Shown: piece by piece, positions 28,167-37,286 of the stretch
Layout: each line of letters starts with the position of its first letter
Position numbering within the stretch: position 1 is the first letter of the stretch
Assembly: GCA_963663225.1 (NCBI GenBank)
Contig: OY760142.1
Span: 480,001 to 544,000, forward strand
DNA from: Nitrospirota bacterium
GTDB lineage: Bacteria > Nitrospirota > UBA9217
DNA: 64,000 nucleotides
Direction of reading: 5' to 3'
Program-made: the position numbers and the translations under genes
Notes under the pieces: model-generated
The model's input: the letters and a program-made list of their open reading frames with translations, nothing else
Database searches by the model: none
Told to the model about the DNA's origin: nothing

Positions 28167-28433
28167 TTATCTGTTAAGCTTTGTTTCTTCCCTGACCGTT
28201 TCATAAGCTCTCCTGATCATGGTTTTAGTTATGAACTTGTTATTCGGATTTTTCTGCAGTTCCTCGTATACATCATCTGGAATGATTTGGATCTTTTGAT
28301 TTTTGTTACCAATTTCCTCACCTGCCATTTTTCTTGCTAAATCTAGAAGTCTCAATTGACATGCCCTATCAAGACTTCCAATAATCTTTTCAAAATAAAG
28401 GTATTCCGTTCCTTTGATGCATATTTGGTTCAT
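28167..28433 (-). CDS. Hypothetical protein
   Basis: ORF with an AGGAG RBS, first gene of the int operon. Confidence 0.5.
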   Translation of the reverse strand: MNQICIKGTEYLYFEKIIGSLDRACQLRLLDLARKMAGEEIGNKNQKIQIIPDDVYEELQKNPNNKFITKTMIRRAYETVREETKLNR

Positions 28434-28576
28434 TTAATCACTCTCCTTTTTTCTAATGGTTCATTTTATTTGACTACTAATACTTCCTGCCGTTTAGATC
28501 CTAGTTTAGTAATTGAGAACTTTTTTTCTATATGCTACCTCCTTTTTAGTACTATACTACTTTACTACTTGATTTA

Positions 28577-28605
28577 ATTATATAGCGCCCTATTATTTAT
28601 GTCAA
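28577..28605 (-). promoter_or_regulatory. Consensus sigma70 promoter for the xis-int operon
   Basis: Minus strand TTGACA-17 nt-TATAAT. Confidence 0.75.
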
Positions 28606-28673
28606 GTAATATTTATTGACTTACTACAAGTAGTATGATAAAAAACGTCATAATATGCGTAGAGAGGTGGAGC

Positions 28674-28841
28674 ATGGCGGAAAGACGAACGTTTTCTGTG
28701 AGAGTAGATCCCGATATTTGGAAAGAAGCAAGAAAACTCGCTGTAGATAAGGAAACTACTTTGTCAGAATTGGTCGAGGAAGCGATTCAGGACGTGCTAA
28801 AGAAGAACGGTGTTGAAATCAAAAAGCAATCGAAAAAATAA
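28674..28841 (+). CDS. Ribbon-helix-helix regulator
   Basis: RTFSVRVDPDIWKEARKLAV..TLSELVEEAI; GAGGTGG RBS. Confidence 0.78.
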   Translation: MAERRTFSVRVDPDIWKEARKLAVDKETTLSELVEEAIQDVLKKNGVEIKKQSKK

Positions 28842-28873
28842 CGTTTTTTTTAAGACATAGCATAGTATTATGA

Positions 28874-29095
28874 TTCCAGAGGGGCGACATCATCGTGAGC
28901 CCGCACGACAAGGCGATGTCCGGAGATTATGTTGTTGCGAAGAATGACGAAGATGAGGCGACGTTCAAACAGTGCAAGAGGTTCAGCGACACCAGAATCC
29001 TCCATCCCCTGAACCCGAAATACCAAGACATCGTGCTTAACAAAAACCTGGAGTATCGAATTGCCGGGTGGTGATGGAGAAGAAGAGGTATAAAC
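28874..29095 (+). pseudogene. Remnant of an S24 (LexA/CI-type) peptidase domain
   Basis: FQRGDIIVSP..GDYVVAKN..EATFKQ..LHPLNPKY, with no N-terminus and a frameshift near the end. Confidence 0.7.
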
Positions 29096-29104
29096 AAGTT
29101 GCTA

Positions 29105-31687
29105 TCAAATTAAAACCATCTGCTTAGAAACAATCTCTTTCATCCAATCCGGTATACGGCCGAGAGGTAAATTTTTAAGCTCGCCTGGCTCCACTTTGTG
29201 CAGCCCTCCACCATATGCCCGCCCAACACGCAAGAATTCCTCGGATGATATCGCATTAAGAATAGCAAAAAGCTCTTTCATGCGTTGCGGCTCGGCGTTG
29301 AGCAGTGTCATGAGCGCCGGCTTCGGATAAAGATGTAAGAAGACATTCGTTGTGATTGCCTGAGAGTAATTTAATATAAAACGAATAGGAGCTTTGCTGT
29401 CTCCATTTGTACGACCCATGTATGTCACCATAAATGGCGACGGAGCTCTCTTCTCCTGAAAGTACCATACCTCTTTATTTGCACATAAGTAGTGTTCATG
29501 TATGCCTTCTTTCCGCCCCTTTTGAAAGTAAGACCATAAACCAGAAAACCGAGCACGCACCACACTAGGCGGAAGATTGCAGTCCAAGAGATATTTATAG
29601 TTTTCAATATTCGGTGATCCGTCCGGCTTCGCCTCAATGATGTCCTGAGTCAAATAACGAGGACTTGGAAGTATCGGCTTTAGAAATTGCCAGGGTATTG
29701 AATATTTTTCAATGAGATTCCGAGAGATTATGAAATATTCATTTGCTCCCGTTGCGATTCCACGCCGAACCATGAAGAAGTCGTCTATGGTAAATTGATC
29801 CTGTAGCGCTGTTTCATCCTGTTCAAAATGAAGGAGCGTCCACTTTTGGACACTATCGCGGCCACAAAGATCAACAACTTTTTCCTCCTCGGGGTGGGAG
29901 ACATTTCCGCCAAATGAAAAATTAAATAATGTTGTACCCTCCGGTCGGCTCTTCCTGTAAGTAACGATACAGGAAGACACGAGCGCATCTTCAAACTGAA
30001 CGGATTCAGGGTTAAATTGATGAATATTCAGTAAAGTAACATGCTTACTTAGATACTCTCTTAACGGCTGGCCGTAGTTTACATATAGGAATTCGGAGGG
30101 AATTAACCAGGAAGCGATAGCATCTTTAGCTAGTAGCGGATCGGAGAGCAAAATGAAATAAATATACAAGCCGGACAGGCCACTCGCATTTAATCCAAGA
30201 TTAGAGCGAACGAGTGATTGCAACTCTTGCTTTAATGCAGGATCAATATGATGGTGCCTGACGTAAGGCGGATTGGTGCAAAGTAGATTGAACCGAGTTC
30301 GGTTCTCGGTTGCTCGCGTAAATTCGAAATAATCCTGAATGAGGACATCAAGCTTCTTGTCCTTGAAAAGCTGTATGGCTATTCTTGCATAGGCTCCGTC
30401 TCGCTCTACACCGACAGCTTCGCGAAGCTGCCGATCACCAATCTCCCGCATTAAAGCCGAATAAAAAACTCCTGATCCGAGTGCTGGTTCAAGAAAGGAA
30501 ACGGGTTGAGCCTGAGGAAGTTCTGCGAGCGAACTCGATACTATTTGGCAAGCAAGAGGATACGGCGTTGAAAACTGTCCAAGAATGTTTCTTTCTTCCC
30601 GTGATTTTTTTTCATCAACGCTTAATTGAAATTTAAACCTTTCTTCTTCGGATACATCCAGCCTTGCTGATTCATGGACCGGATTGATTTCTTTTATACT
30701 GGACGTTTTTTTTTTATCCTTACTCAAAAAGCCATTCAAATCATCAAGTCGATGTTCCCATACCCAGTCTATCCCCTCCGATGCTTCATATCCAAGATAA
30801 CCAGGCTCAAAATAACCACATAAAAGAAGGATAAATTCTACATGGCGACCATAACGCTCCTTCAACTGCGCAAACTTCTGCGCTTCTTCCTTACGCCTCT
30901 TATTTGTATTTGTTGAGTCACCAGCGGATTTGGCTTCTATCAACAATGGAAGTTCTCCTTCGCTTCCATGCTGTGGTTTTACAACGCAATCAATAGGAAT
31001 GTTGACGAGCGACTTTTTCTTACCCGCTGGAACGTTGAGGCGAAAAGTGAAGGTTCCAGCTGGCATAGTGGCTATGTCACGAGCCTTTGCTGTTTCAATC
31101 TCTTTATAACCTTTTCGACGTAGCCATCTTTTAAGCGAAGCAAGCTGACGTTTCTCCTGCGCATTTCTTATGATCGGATCGGCAGTTGCGCCACAAAGTC
31201 TGTCAGCTATCACAGTAGCTGCGCGGTCTCTTTCCGAATCTGAAGGTTCTTCTCCCGAAACAAGCCATGTGAGCAAATCTCTGTCCGCGAGTTCCATTAT
31301 GATCTCGCAAATACTCTGCAGCCCCGCTGTGAGTGCAGTTTTGTCCATTCGGACAGGCAGACGAGGTACTCGTTCATCGCTACCTTCCATCGCTCCTACC
31401 ATAGCCTTATTGAGATGTGCAAGACCGATAAGACGATCTCGCGCTAAAGGCGGTGCAGTGACCATCCGTAGAATAGGAAGAATTCCAGGATTGTCTTTAA
31501 GAACGGCGGGGGTTATTTGAGAAAGGTTCAGAGTCTTCTCAAAAGTATCGAGAACTTCCTTAGTACGAATGATTCGTTGCTTGCGGTAGGTATCGGGGGC
31601 AAAACGTAGAAACCAGTCATTATAGAAGTCAATCGATTGTGCAACATCTGCCTTCCAAAGATGAGTTTTGTCAGAATTTACGGCCAT
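29105..31687 (-). CDS. Fused XamI-family restriction endonuclease and N6-adenine DNA methyltransferase
   Basis: N-terminal IEAKSAGDSTNTNKRRKEEA and GIDWVWEHR; C-terminal GQFSTP, FLEPALGSG, NPPY. Confidence 0.85.
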   Translation of the reverse strand: MAVNSDKTHLWKADVAQSIDFYNDWFLRFAPDTYRKQRIIRTKEVLDTFEKTLNLSQITPAVLKDNPGILPILRMVTAPPLARDRLIGLAHLNKAMVGAMEGSDERVPRLPVRMDKTALTAGLQSICEIIMELADRDLLTWLVSGEEPSDSERDRAATVIADRLCGATADPIIRNAQEKRQLASLKRWLRRKGYKEIETAKARDIATMPAGTFTFRLNVPAGKKKSLVNIPIDCVVKPQHGSEGELPLLIEAKSAGDSTNTNKRRKEEAQKFAQLKERYGRHVEFILLLCGYFEPGYLGYEASEGIDWVWEHRLDDLNGFLSKDKKKTSSIKEINPVHESARLDVSEEERFKFQLSVDEKKSREERNILGQFSTPYPLACQIVSSSLAELPQAQPVSFLEPALGSGVFYSALMREIGDRQLREAVGVERDGAYARIAIQLFKDKKLDVLIQDYFEFTRATENRTRFNLLCTNPPYVRHHHIDPALKQELQSLVRSNLGLNASGLSGLYIYFILLSDPLLAKDAIASWLIPSEFLYVNYGQPLREYLSKHVTLLNIHQFNPESVQFEDALVSSCIVTYRKSRPEGTTLFNFSFGGNVSHPEEEKVVDLCGRDSVQKWTLLHFEQDETALQDQFTIDDFFMVRRGIATGANEYFIISRNLIEKYSIPWQFLKPILPSPRYLTQDIIEAKPDGSPNIENYKYLLDCNLPPSVVRARFSGLWSYFQKGRKEGIHEHYLCANKEVWYFQEKRAPSPFMVTYMGRTNGDSKAPIRFILNYSQAITTNVFLHLYPKPALMTLLNAEPQRMKELFAILNAISSEEFLRVGRAYGGGLHKVEPGELKNLPLGRIPDWMKEIVSKQMVLI

Positions 31688-31814
31688 CTAGACCCCTCGT
31701 ACATTCAATCATCATGTGCTTAAACACATTGCGGCATGACCACCAATTCCTCAATTATTCTGCACTTTACTACAGGTCAGGAAAAATGTCCAGAAAAGAG
31801 ACGCGGAAACTTAA

Positions 31815-33119
31815 TCATTCGATGAAAACACCAAATTGAGTTTTGTGACTCAAGCGCTGATGTGTGTATACCTCGATGATCATAAAATGCAAGCCGCGAT
31901 AGGCTGTGTCCTCCCAATGGACAATGTTCTCATGTTCTTTCACCGTAGACACGATTTTGTCAGTAACATGATTCCCGCAGATATCTCCCGCTTTGTTACG
32001 CGCATCAACTCCATGATTTTCAACTTTGAACTTTATTGTATATGGCAGCAAAGGTAAATAGGGCAGATTCAAACTGAACTTGACACTTTTCCCTTTTGGC
32101 AAAAAACGGCTTGTAGGTGAATAGATGCCTTCAAACTGGCCACCCCGTTCGCTGTAAATTTCGGCCGTAATCCGAATACCGTCTGCATTCTTATGGTAAG
32201 TCGGATCAAATTGCGCGATCGGTGAATGTTTCAAGTATGCGTTCCAGTTAAGTTCATATTGTCGGTAGTTTATCGGGTTGCCTTGCCCATCGGTGTGATT
32301 CGGTTGAAGATACGGCACCGGAACTTTATTGCCATTCAACGTAACCGACTTTACAGAAAGTAGGTCTTCAGGAAAATCAATAAAACTTCGTATAGATTCA
32401 CCAATCATAATCTGATTCCGGCTGGCCGCATGCTGTAGTTTCGAAGCGACATCAACAAAGAAGGATGTAGCAGTGACTTCTTCCATGCCAGGATAGCCAT
32501 AGGAACTCCACAGCACATCTGCTTCTTTGCCAAAATCGACACCCACGCGAATTCCAAAAGGCTCCTTATACCCCATGGAATTCAGTTTTGGAACAACGCT
32601 CTGCTCAACAAAATAGCCGAGGACAGACGCGCAGTTCAGACCATCGACGATGCCAGATTCCGGTGCAACAGTTCGACCGCCGAAATATGCCATCACCGCA
32701 TCGCCCATGATTCTGTGCACATGGCCGTTGAATGACTTGATGATTTCCATAGCGACTCGAACGAATGCGTTCTTGATCCGGAATACATCTTCTAATGGAT
32801 AAAGAAGGCTAAGGCGTGTGGAGCTTTCAATATCCATGAATAGAGTCGTAATTTGACACTTAATCACCTGGTCTGTCCCGAGAAGGTGCTTGAAATCGGG
32901 ATGATCACCAATATCCGGCCGCTGAGGTTCACCTTTGTGATAGAGAGGGCGAAGTATCCGTTGAATTGAATATTGCGGTACAAGCACGTTAGCTGTAGAT
33001 TCGGAAAAAGTCACTGCAGAATCCATCGATTTCGATGCCAGCAAGCGGGTAGCGTTTCTTTTGCTCGCATCTTCAAGATAGCAGGAAAATGTGTTCTGAA
33101 AACTATTTCTGACTCCCAT
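31815..33119 (-). CDS. pycC: Pycsar pyrimidine cyclase (class III cyclase + AGS-C domain)
   Basis: FMDIESST, RIMGDAVMAYF, IRVGVDFG, VDVASKLQ; C-terminal KVENHG..EDTAYRGLHFM. Confidence 0.82.
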   Translation of the reverse strand: MGVRNSFQNTFSCYLEDASKRNATRLLASKSMDSAVTFSESTANVLVPQYSIQRILRPLYHKGEPQRPDIGDHPDFKHLLGTDQVIKCQITTLFMDIESSTRLSLLYPLEDVFRIKNAFVRVAMEIIKSFNGHVHRIMGDAVMAYFGGRTVAPESGIVDGLNCASVLGYFVEQSVVPKLNSMGYKEPFGIRVGVDFGKEADVLWSSYGYPGMEEVTATSFFVDVASKLQHAASRNQIMIGESIRSFIDFPEDLLSVKSVTLNGNKVPVPYLQPNHTDGQGNPINYRQYELNWNAYLKHSPIAQFDPTYHKNADGIRITAEIYSERGGQFEGIYSPTSRFLPKGKSVKFSLNLPYLPLLPYTIKFKVENHGVDARNKAGDICGNHVTDKIVSTVKEHENIVHWEDTAYRGLHFMIIEVYTHQRLSHKTQFGVFIE

Positions 33120-33135
33120 ACCGGCAATTCTCCTT

Positions 33136-33672
33136 TCAAATAAGAGCCCTGGCCACTGCCACGATCTTAACCAAAATCATCAAACCAAGTGCCGGTAGCT
33201 GAACAAAAAGAATGGCGCCTACCGCTATTTTCATTTTTCGGAACTTGTCATTGAGGCCTCGGGCCAGAACATGAGCCTGCATGCAACAATCTCGAAGCAG
33301 TTCTTCATTATTGAGTTCATTAACACATTGGTGATACTCTTCCGGAGTATCGAATTCTGCGATATGCCCAAAGAATATCTTCGAATGGTATTTCGTCGGG
33401 TCCTTTGGTGATTTCAAGAATGGATTTATGACTTGGAACACCGTCGCCAAAGAGAACAGGGATGATATCGCTGCTATAAAAAGTAGCAAGCTTACGATAG
33501 CGATCGCGACTGCCTGTTGACCAAACGTCTGAAGCAGCTCGCCCCATTTGAGAACAATGGCGCTAAAGATAAATGTATCAAAGGCCACGATCACCGTTGC
33601 CTTCGTATTTGTCGTATTAATGTAATGATCGAAACGATTAATAACTCGCCAGAGAAAATCCGTGGATGACAT
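33136..33672 (-). CDS. pycTM: Pycsar transmembrane effector (DUF5706)
   Basis: RFDHYINTTNTKA, TM helices, SKIFFGHIA, QAHVLARGLNDKF; adjacent to the cyclase. Confidence 0.82.
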   Translation of the reverse strand: MSSTDFLWRVINRFDHYINTTNTKATVIVAFDTFIFSAIVLKWGELLQTFGQQAVAIAIVSLLLFIAAISSLFSLATVFQVINPFLKSPKDPTKYHSKIFFGHIAEFDTPEEYHQCVNELNNEELLRDCCMQAHVLARGLNDKFRKMKIAVGAILFVQLPALGLMILVKIVAVARALI

Positions 33673-33753
33673 ATCGGGCTCCCTTTTTCGTCATGTGCAC
33701 TACTTGTTCTAAAACAATCGGGCGAGACTCATAGATGAGTTCGCCCTTGCAAA

Positions 33754-33927
33754 TTACTTTTCCTTCCGCACGCCCTTGAAAGGATCCTTGTCTTGTTTCT
33801 GATCGATGAAGCGACCGGTTTCCGCATCACGCTTTACCCAGCGGTCGTTGTGTGGATTGTAGGTCTGAGACCGGTCTGTTACTTGGCCATGCCTGTGACC
33901 GTCTCCTGTTGGTGGGTTTTTCGCCAT
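33754..33927 (-). CDS. Small basic hypothetical protein (57 aa)
   Basis: GGAGGTGA RBS; MAKNPPTGDGHR..WVKRDAETGRFIDQK..PFKGVRKEK. Confidence 0.7.
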   Translation of the reverse strand: MAKNPPTGDGHRHGQVTDRSQTYNPHNDRWVKRDAETGRFIDQKQDKDPFKGVRKEK

Positions 33928-33952
33928 TATGTTCACCTCCCTTCTTTTTGGA

Positions 33953-34369
33953 TTAGGCACCATCATTTGATATAACAAGAATAATAGTCGTTGCCAATAG
34001 CCCGACCATCAATACTGCTGTCTGTAGTTGTTTGCTTTCCCTTAACCCTGTAGCTACGAACCGCGCAAAATGCTCACAATTGTTGCCAAATAGATCGTAT
34101 GCATCATTTTCAAGAGCCTTTTTAATTCTTACCATTGCATAAGGCTCGTCGGTGATCTTGGTTATGAACTCCCATTTGCCCGTATCGGCTAACCAGTCGG
34201 TTCGAATGCGAGGAGGGGTCTGATGAATTACCACAGGCAAGTTGTGGTCTACTGAAAGCTCCAAACGATTCCCGATATCGAGAATCCCGTAATGGTCTAT
34301 CAGAACCCCTTTCACGGTGCACTTCTGCTTTATAAGATAAAGTCCATCACTCAGCCTATTGCGCGGCAT
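33953..34369 (-). CDS. LRAT-like (permuted NlpC/P60) protein with C-terminal TM helix
   Basis: HYGI..VVIH..YDLFGNNCEHFA catalytic motifs. Confidence 0.8.
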   Translation of the reverse strand: MPRNRLSDGLYLIKQKCTVKGVLIDHYGILDIGNRLELSVDHNLPVVIHQTPPRIRTDWLADTGKWEFITKITDEPYAMVRIKKALENDAYDLFGNNCEHFARFVATGLRESKQLQTAVLMVGLLATTIILVISNDGA

Positions 34370-34421
34370 CGTTGATACCTCCTTTACACCCTAAAACTAT
34401 TAGTTGTGGCTTGTTAGATAG

Positions 34422-34452
34422 AAGGCTTTAAATACATCCAACTTAAAGCCTT
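34422..34452. promoter_or_regulatory. Palindromic operator candidate 1
   Basis: AAGGCTTTAA-N11-TTAAAGCCTT. Confidence 0.55.
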
Positions 34453-34462
34453 GCTAAAAAAA

Positions 34463-35044
34463 TTATGTCACTGGCATATAAAGATATTGCTTGCCATGAG
34501 GGTCAATAATTTCCTTTCTTCGAATCAGCCTTGACTTGAACAACTTACCCAAGTAAGTACTTGCTGTATAAATATCTTTTTTAAAAACGAGATCTGCGAT
34601 TTCTCTTGCTGTACATTTACCTGCTGTCATAATATAATCATAAATTAGCAAATCTACAGACACTTTCTTTTTACCTTGTTTCTCTCCAAATACAATAAAT
34701 GGATGTTTTTTGTTCTTTTGCATAACCAGGCATGGAACTTTCCGATAAGATGTTACAAGTTCGAGATCATACATAGAATTGTCAGGAATATTTTTACTTA
34801 CAAGAAAAAGTTCTCTATCTTCGCTTACCAACTCTTTCATTAAAAGCACGATGACTTCATCTGCAATAGAAGAATTAAAAGACCCAATGCCCTCAAAGTC
34901 CAGATAGATTATATCTTCGTTAGATAGCAAATTCTTCGTTTGTTTCAGAATATCCTTTTTTATTTCAACGCCCCAATCTCGCGAATTTAGGTCAATTCCT
35001 TTAATGCCAAGCTGTTTCTTTATTTTTAGGATCGAAATAATCAT
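34463..35044 (-). CDS. STAS + winged-HTH repressor (CapS-like)
   Basis: YLDFEGIGSFNSSIADE STAS phosphoserine loop; C-terminal TAREIAD..ASTYLGKL..LIRR wHTH. Confidence 0.7.
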   Translation of the reverse strand: MIISILKIKKQLGIKGIDLNSRDWGVEIKKDILKQTKNLLSNEDIIYLDFEGIGSFNSSIADEVIVLLMKELVSEDRELFLVSKNIPDNSMYDLELVTSYRKVPCLVMQKNKKHPFIVFGEKQGKKKVSVDLLIYDYIMTAGKCTAREIADLVFKKDIYTASTYLGKLFKSRLIRRKEIIDPHGKQYLYMPVT

Positions 35045-35054
35045 AATGCGAAGC

Positions 35055-35085
35055 TAGCCTTTAAATGATCTATACTTAAAGGCTA
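35055..35085. promoter_or_regulatory. Palindromic operator candidate 2
   Basis: TAGCCTTTAA-N11-TTAAAGGCTA. Confidence 0.55.
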
Positions 35086-36015
35086 TAATAAACCATGTTG
35101 CTCATGTGTGTCAAGAGCAAAGTTTATCTCTCCCAAAGATAGAATGATCGCGATTCTCGTGCCTCTGCATAGTGGCATATTGATATACTCGCTCAACTTG
35201 CCATCAGGTCTACAGAGTACCGCGCCACCACCCGAATTTATCCATAGATACCCTGAAGAGTCCCAAACTATTTTTTGAACTTCGTGAAGTCCTAAACCTC
35301 TGTCACCTGCTCCTGAAACGCCAGGCTCCAATGCCTTTCTAATAAATTCTGAATCATTGGTGAAGCCGAATCTATATTTTAATGCAAGACTGTGTCTAAT
35401 ACCGATACCATCATCGACAACAGCAAGCTTTACGATCTCAGATCCAGATTTTTTATATTTATATCTCTGAATTGCAACATAGCCATCGCTTCCGCTGTGC
35501 GTATAAACATTGGTGCAAAGTTCGGTCATTACTTTAACGAAAAAATCAACATTCATCTTTTTTCGAAATGTAGACAGGATTGAGACGGCTCGTTCTCTGA
35601 ACCTTATCACGATGTCATCGACATCCCCTCTTCCATCTTCTGTTGAAGTGCTGATTTTTTGTATTTCCAGTAAACTTTTTGTCGCGCTACTCCGCGAAAA
35701 TTTGGCATCTATTGCCGGATTGTGGAACCACTGACCACCTTTTTTAAAAAAATCCATTCGTTCCAAGTATTTAATCAACTCAGATCTGTTATCTATAATA
35801 TGAATCTTGTATCGTGTACGTTCAAAGATCTGTTTGCCGATGAATAACAAACCCAACAAACCATACGGAGAAATAAACGATACATTTCGTAAATTTAAGA
35901 CAACAGAAATGCTGTGTTCAAGTTTGCATTTCTGAATCTTATCCACAACAAAACCAAACTTGTCAATATCGTCTAGTCCATCGGGAATATCTATGTTATA
36001 AAGTGAAGTTGTCAT
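35083..36015 (-). CDS. STAS-like + GHKL anti-sigma-type kinase (CapK-like)
   Basis: LNLRNVSFISPYG, YLERMDFF, ELCTNVYTHS, DDGIGI, RGLGL, RGT. Confidence 0.72.
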   Translation of the reverse strand: MTTSLYNIDIPDGLDDIDKFGFVVDKIQKCKLEHSISVVLNLRNVSFISPYGLLGLLFIGKQIFERTRYKIHIIDNRSELIKYLERMDFFKKGGQWFHNPAIDAKFSRSSATKSLLEIQKISTSTEDGRGDVDDIVIRFRERAVSILSTFRKKMNVDFFVKVMTELCTNVYTHSGSDGYVAIQRYKYKKSGSEIVKLAVVDDGIGIRHSLALKYRFGFTNDSEFIRKALEPGVSGAGDRGLGLHEVQKIVWDSSGYLWINSGGGAVLCRPDGKLSEYINMPLCRGTRIAIILSLGEINFALDTHEQHGLL

Positions 36016-36167
36016 TCGCGCAGATAATTGCTGATTCCAGCTAAAAAACTGTACTACAAGTTACCGCTAATGTCCAGATAAGAGATGAGTAAAAATATAT
36101 AAAAAGGCTCAGCATTATCATCGGCCCCTCATTATATTCTGATCTTTGTGAGCTATTTTATCTTTAT

Positions 36168-36341
36168 TTACTCCGCCATCTTCGCAAACGGCAGAATCTG
36201 AGCCCCTACCTTGATGCCGCCCATATAATCACTCCACTGCTGCATCATTTTCTTCCGCTCATCCAGATACGCGGTTCTGTTGTATGCTCGACCATTCGGA
36301 TCGCAGATCATGTGCTCGAGCTGGTGCTCGATGTATTCTGG
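36168..36341 (-). pseudogene. C-terminal remnant of a P4-type integrase
   Basis: YIEHQLEH..DPNGRAYNRTAYLDERKKMMQQWSDY. Confidence 0.78.
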
Positions 36342-36562
36342 TTAGACAAAGATGGCGAAAATTTTTGAGAGTTTTGATGAGATTGCCCGGAAATACAGCA
36401 AGCATACGATTCTGCATGGCGCGAGCCTGCCTGCAAAGCTCCAGGCCCAGCATGAGGGTGAACGGGGTGATGTTCCAATAAGAAAAAACGACTTATTTAA
36501 GGGAGAAAACAAACGGCAAAGGCTGAGACTACCTCTACTGCATATAAAAATCTAAAAGCTAT

Positions 36563-36853
36563 TTATGAGTTGAGTTCAACGATTTGTACGATTCGCGCAT
36601 AATTCTCACCAGCAGGATCTTCTATTGGCGCAAACAATACTTTATCCCCGGCTTGAAGCTCGATTTTCGTTCTCACCAATTCGCGACTGTCTATCCTGTA
36701 CTCTTCACCATTCAGAAGCGAGCGGATTCTTCCGGTGCGATCATCCATATTAAATTCCATGATGATTCCTTCTTCCTTTGCGTAAACTTCATCCCAGACT
36801 TCTTCTCTTTCATCTTCCGACATTGATGTAATCGGTTTATCTTTTTGGGACAT
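36563..36853 (-). CDS. Cold-shock-like OB-fold protein
   Basis: GIIMEFN...GRI...ELQAGDKVLF...ARIV pattern; GGGAGGG RBS. Confidence 0.5.
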   Translation of the reverse strand: MSQKDKPITSMSEDEREEVWDEVYAKEEGIIMEFNMDDRTGRIRSLLNGEEYRIDSRELVRTKIELQAGDKVLFAPIEDPAGENYARIVQIVELNS

Positions 36854-36895
36854 AGTTCCCTCCCTTTTTGGGTAGCGGGGCAGTGTTTTAATTAC

Positions 36896-36924
36896 CGTCT
36901 CACAACCGTCTCACTAGCGTCTCA
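36896..36924. repeat. Three CGTCTCA direct repeats at an 11-nt period
   Basis: Copies at 36896, 36907 and 36918, next to the tRNA 3' end; resemble integrase arm-type sites. Confidence 0.5.
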
Positions 36925-36934
36925 TTGATAAGAA

Positions 36935-36964
36935 AAGGGGCTACAGCAAATGCTGTAACCCCTT
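36935..36964 (-). terminator. Terminator hairpin downstream of tRNA-fMet
   Basis: AAGGGGTTACAGC-ATTT-GCTGTAGCCCCTT followed by TTCT. Confidence 0.7.
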
Positions 36965-36972
36965 GAATTTAT

Positions 36973-37049
<77 letters not shown>

Positions 37050-37286
37050 ATGAGGAATGCATAATAAAGCACGAGCCCGCACTTGTCAAGAAAATTATGA
37101 CCTTGACGCAAGAATAGTTAAGTTTTTCATTATTATGCCGATGAATAAAGCATAAATCACAAAAACAGCTGAGCAGGCCCGAACAGAGAATCAGCCAATA
37201 TTTAGTTGACAAAACCGCTTTTTTTTCTCTATAATTGTGAAGAATATATGATAATTTTGGCAAGATCTTATGGCATGAGGTTGCTG

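Larger units (their letters stand above)
23400..36972. mobile_element. Integrated genomic/defence island at tRNA-fMet (left boundary uncertain)
   Basis: Intact and remnant integrases, xis, repressor remnant, defence genes, AT-richer sequence, abuts the tRNA 3' end. Confidence 0.72.

Noticed and set aside
25300-28200. CRISPR-Cas locus around the Cas4-like genes
   Set aside because: No cas1/cas2 and no repeat-spacer array seen in the window
36352-36555. 67-aa ORF next to the integrase remnant
   Set aside because: No RBS or family motif I can support; probably debris
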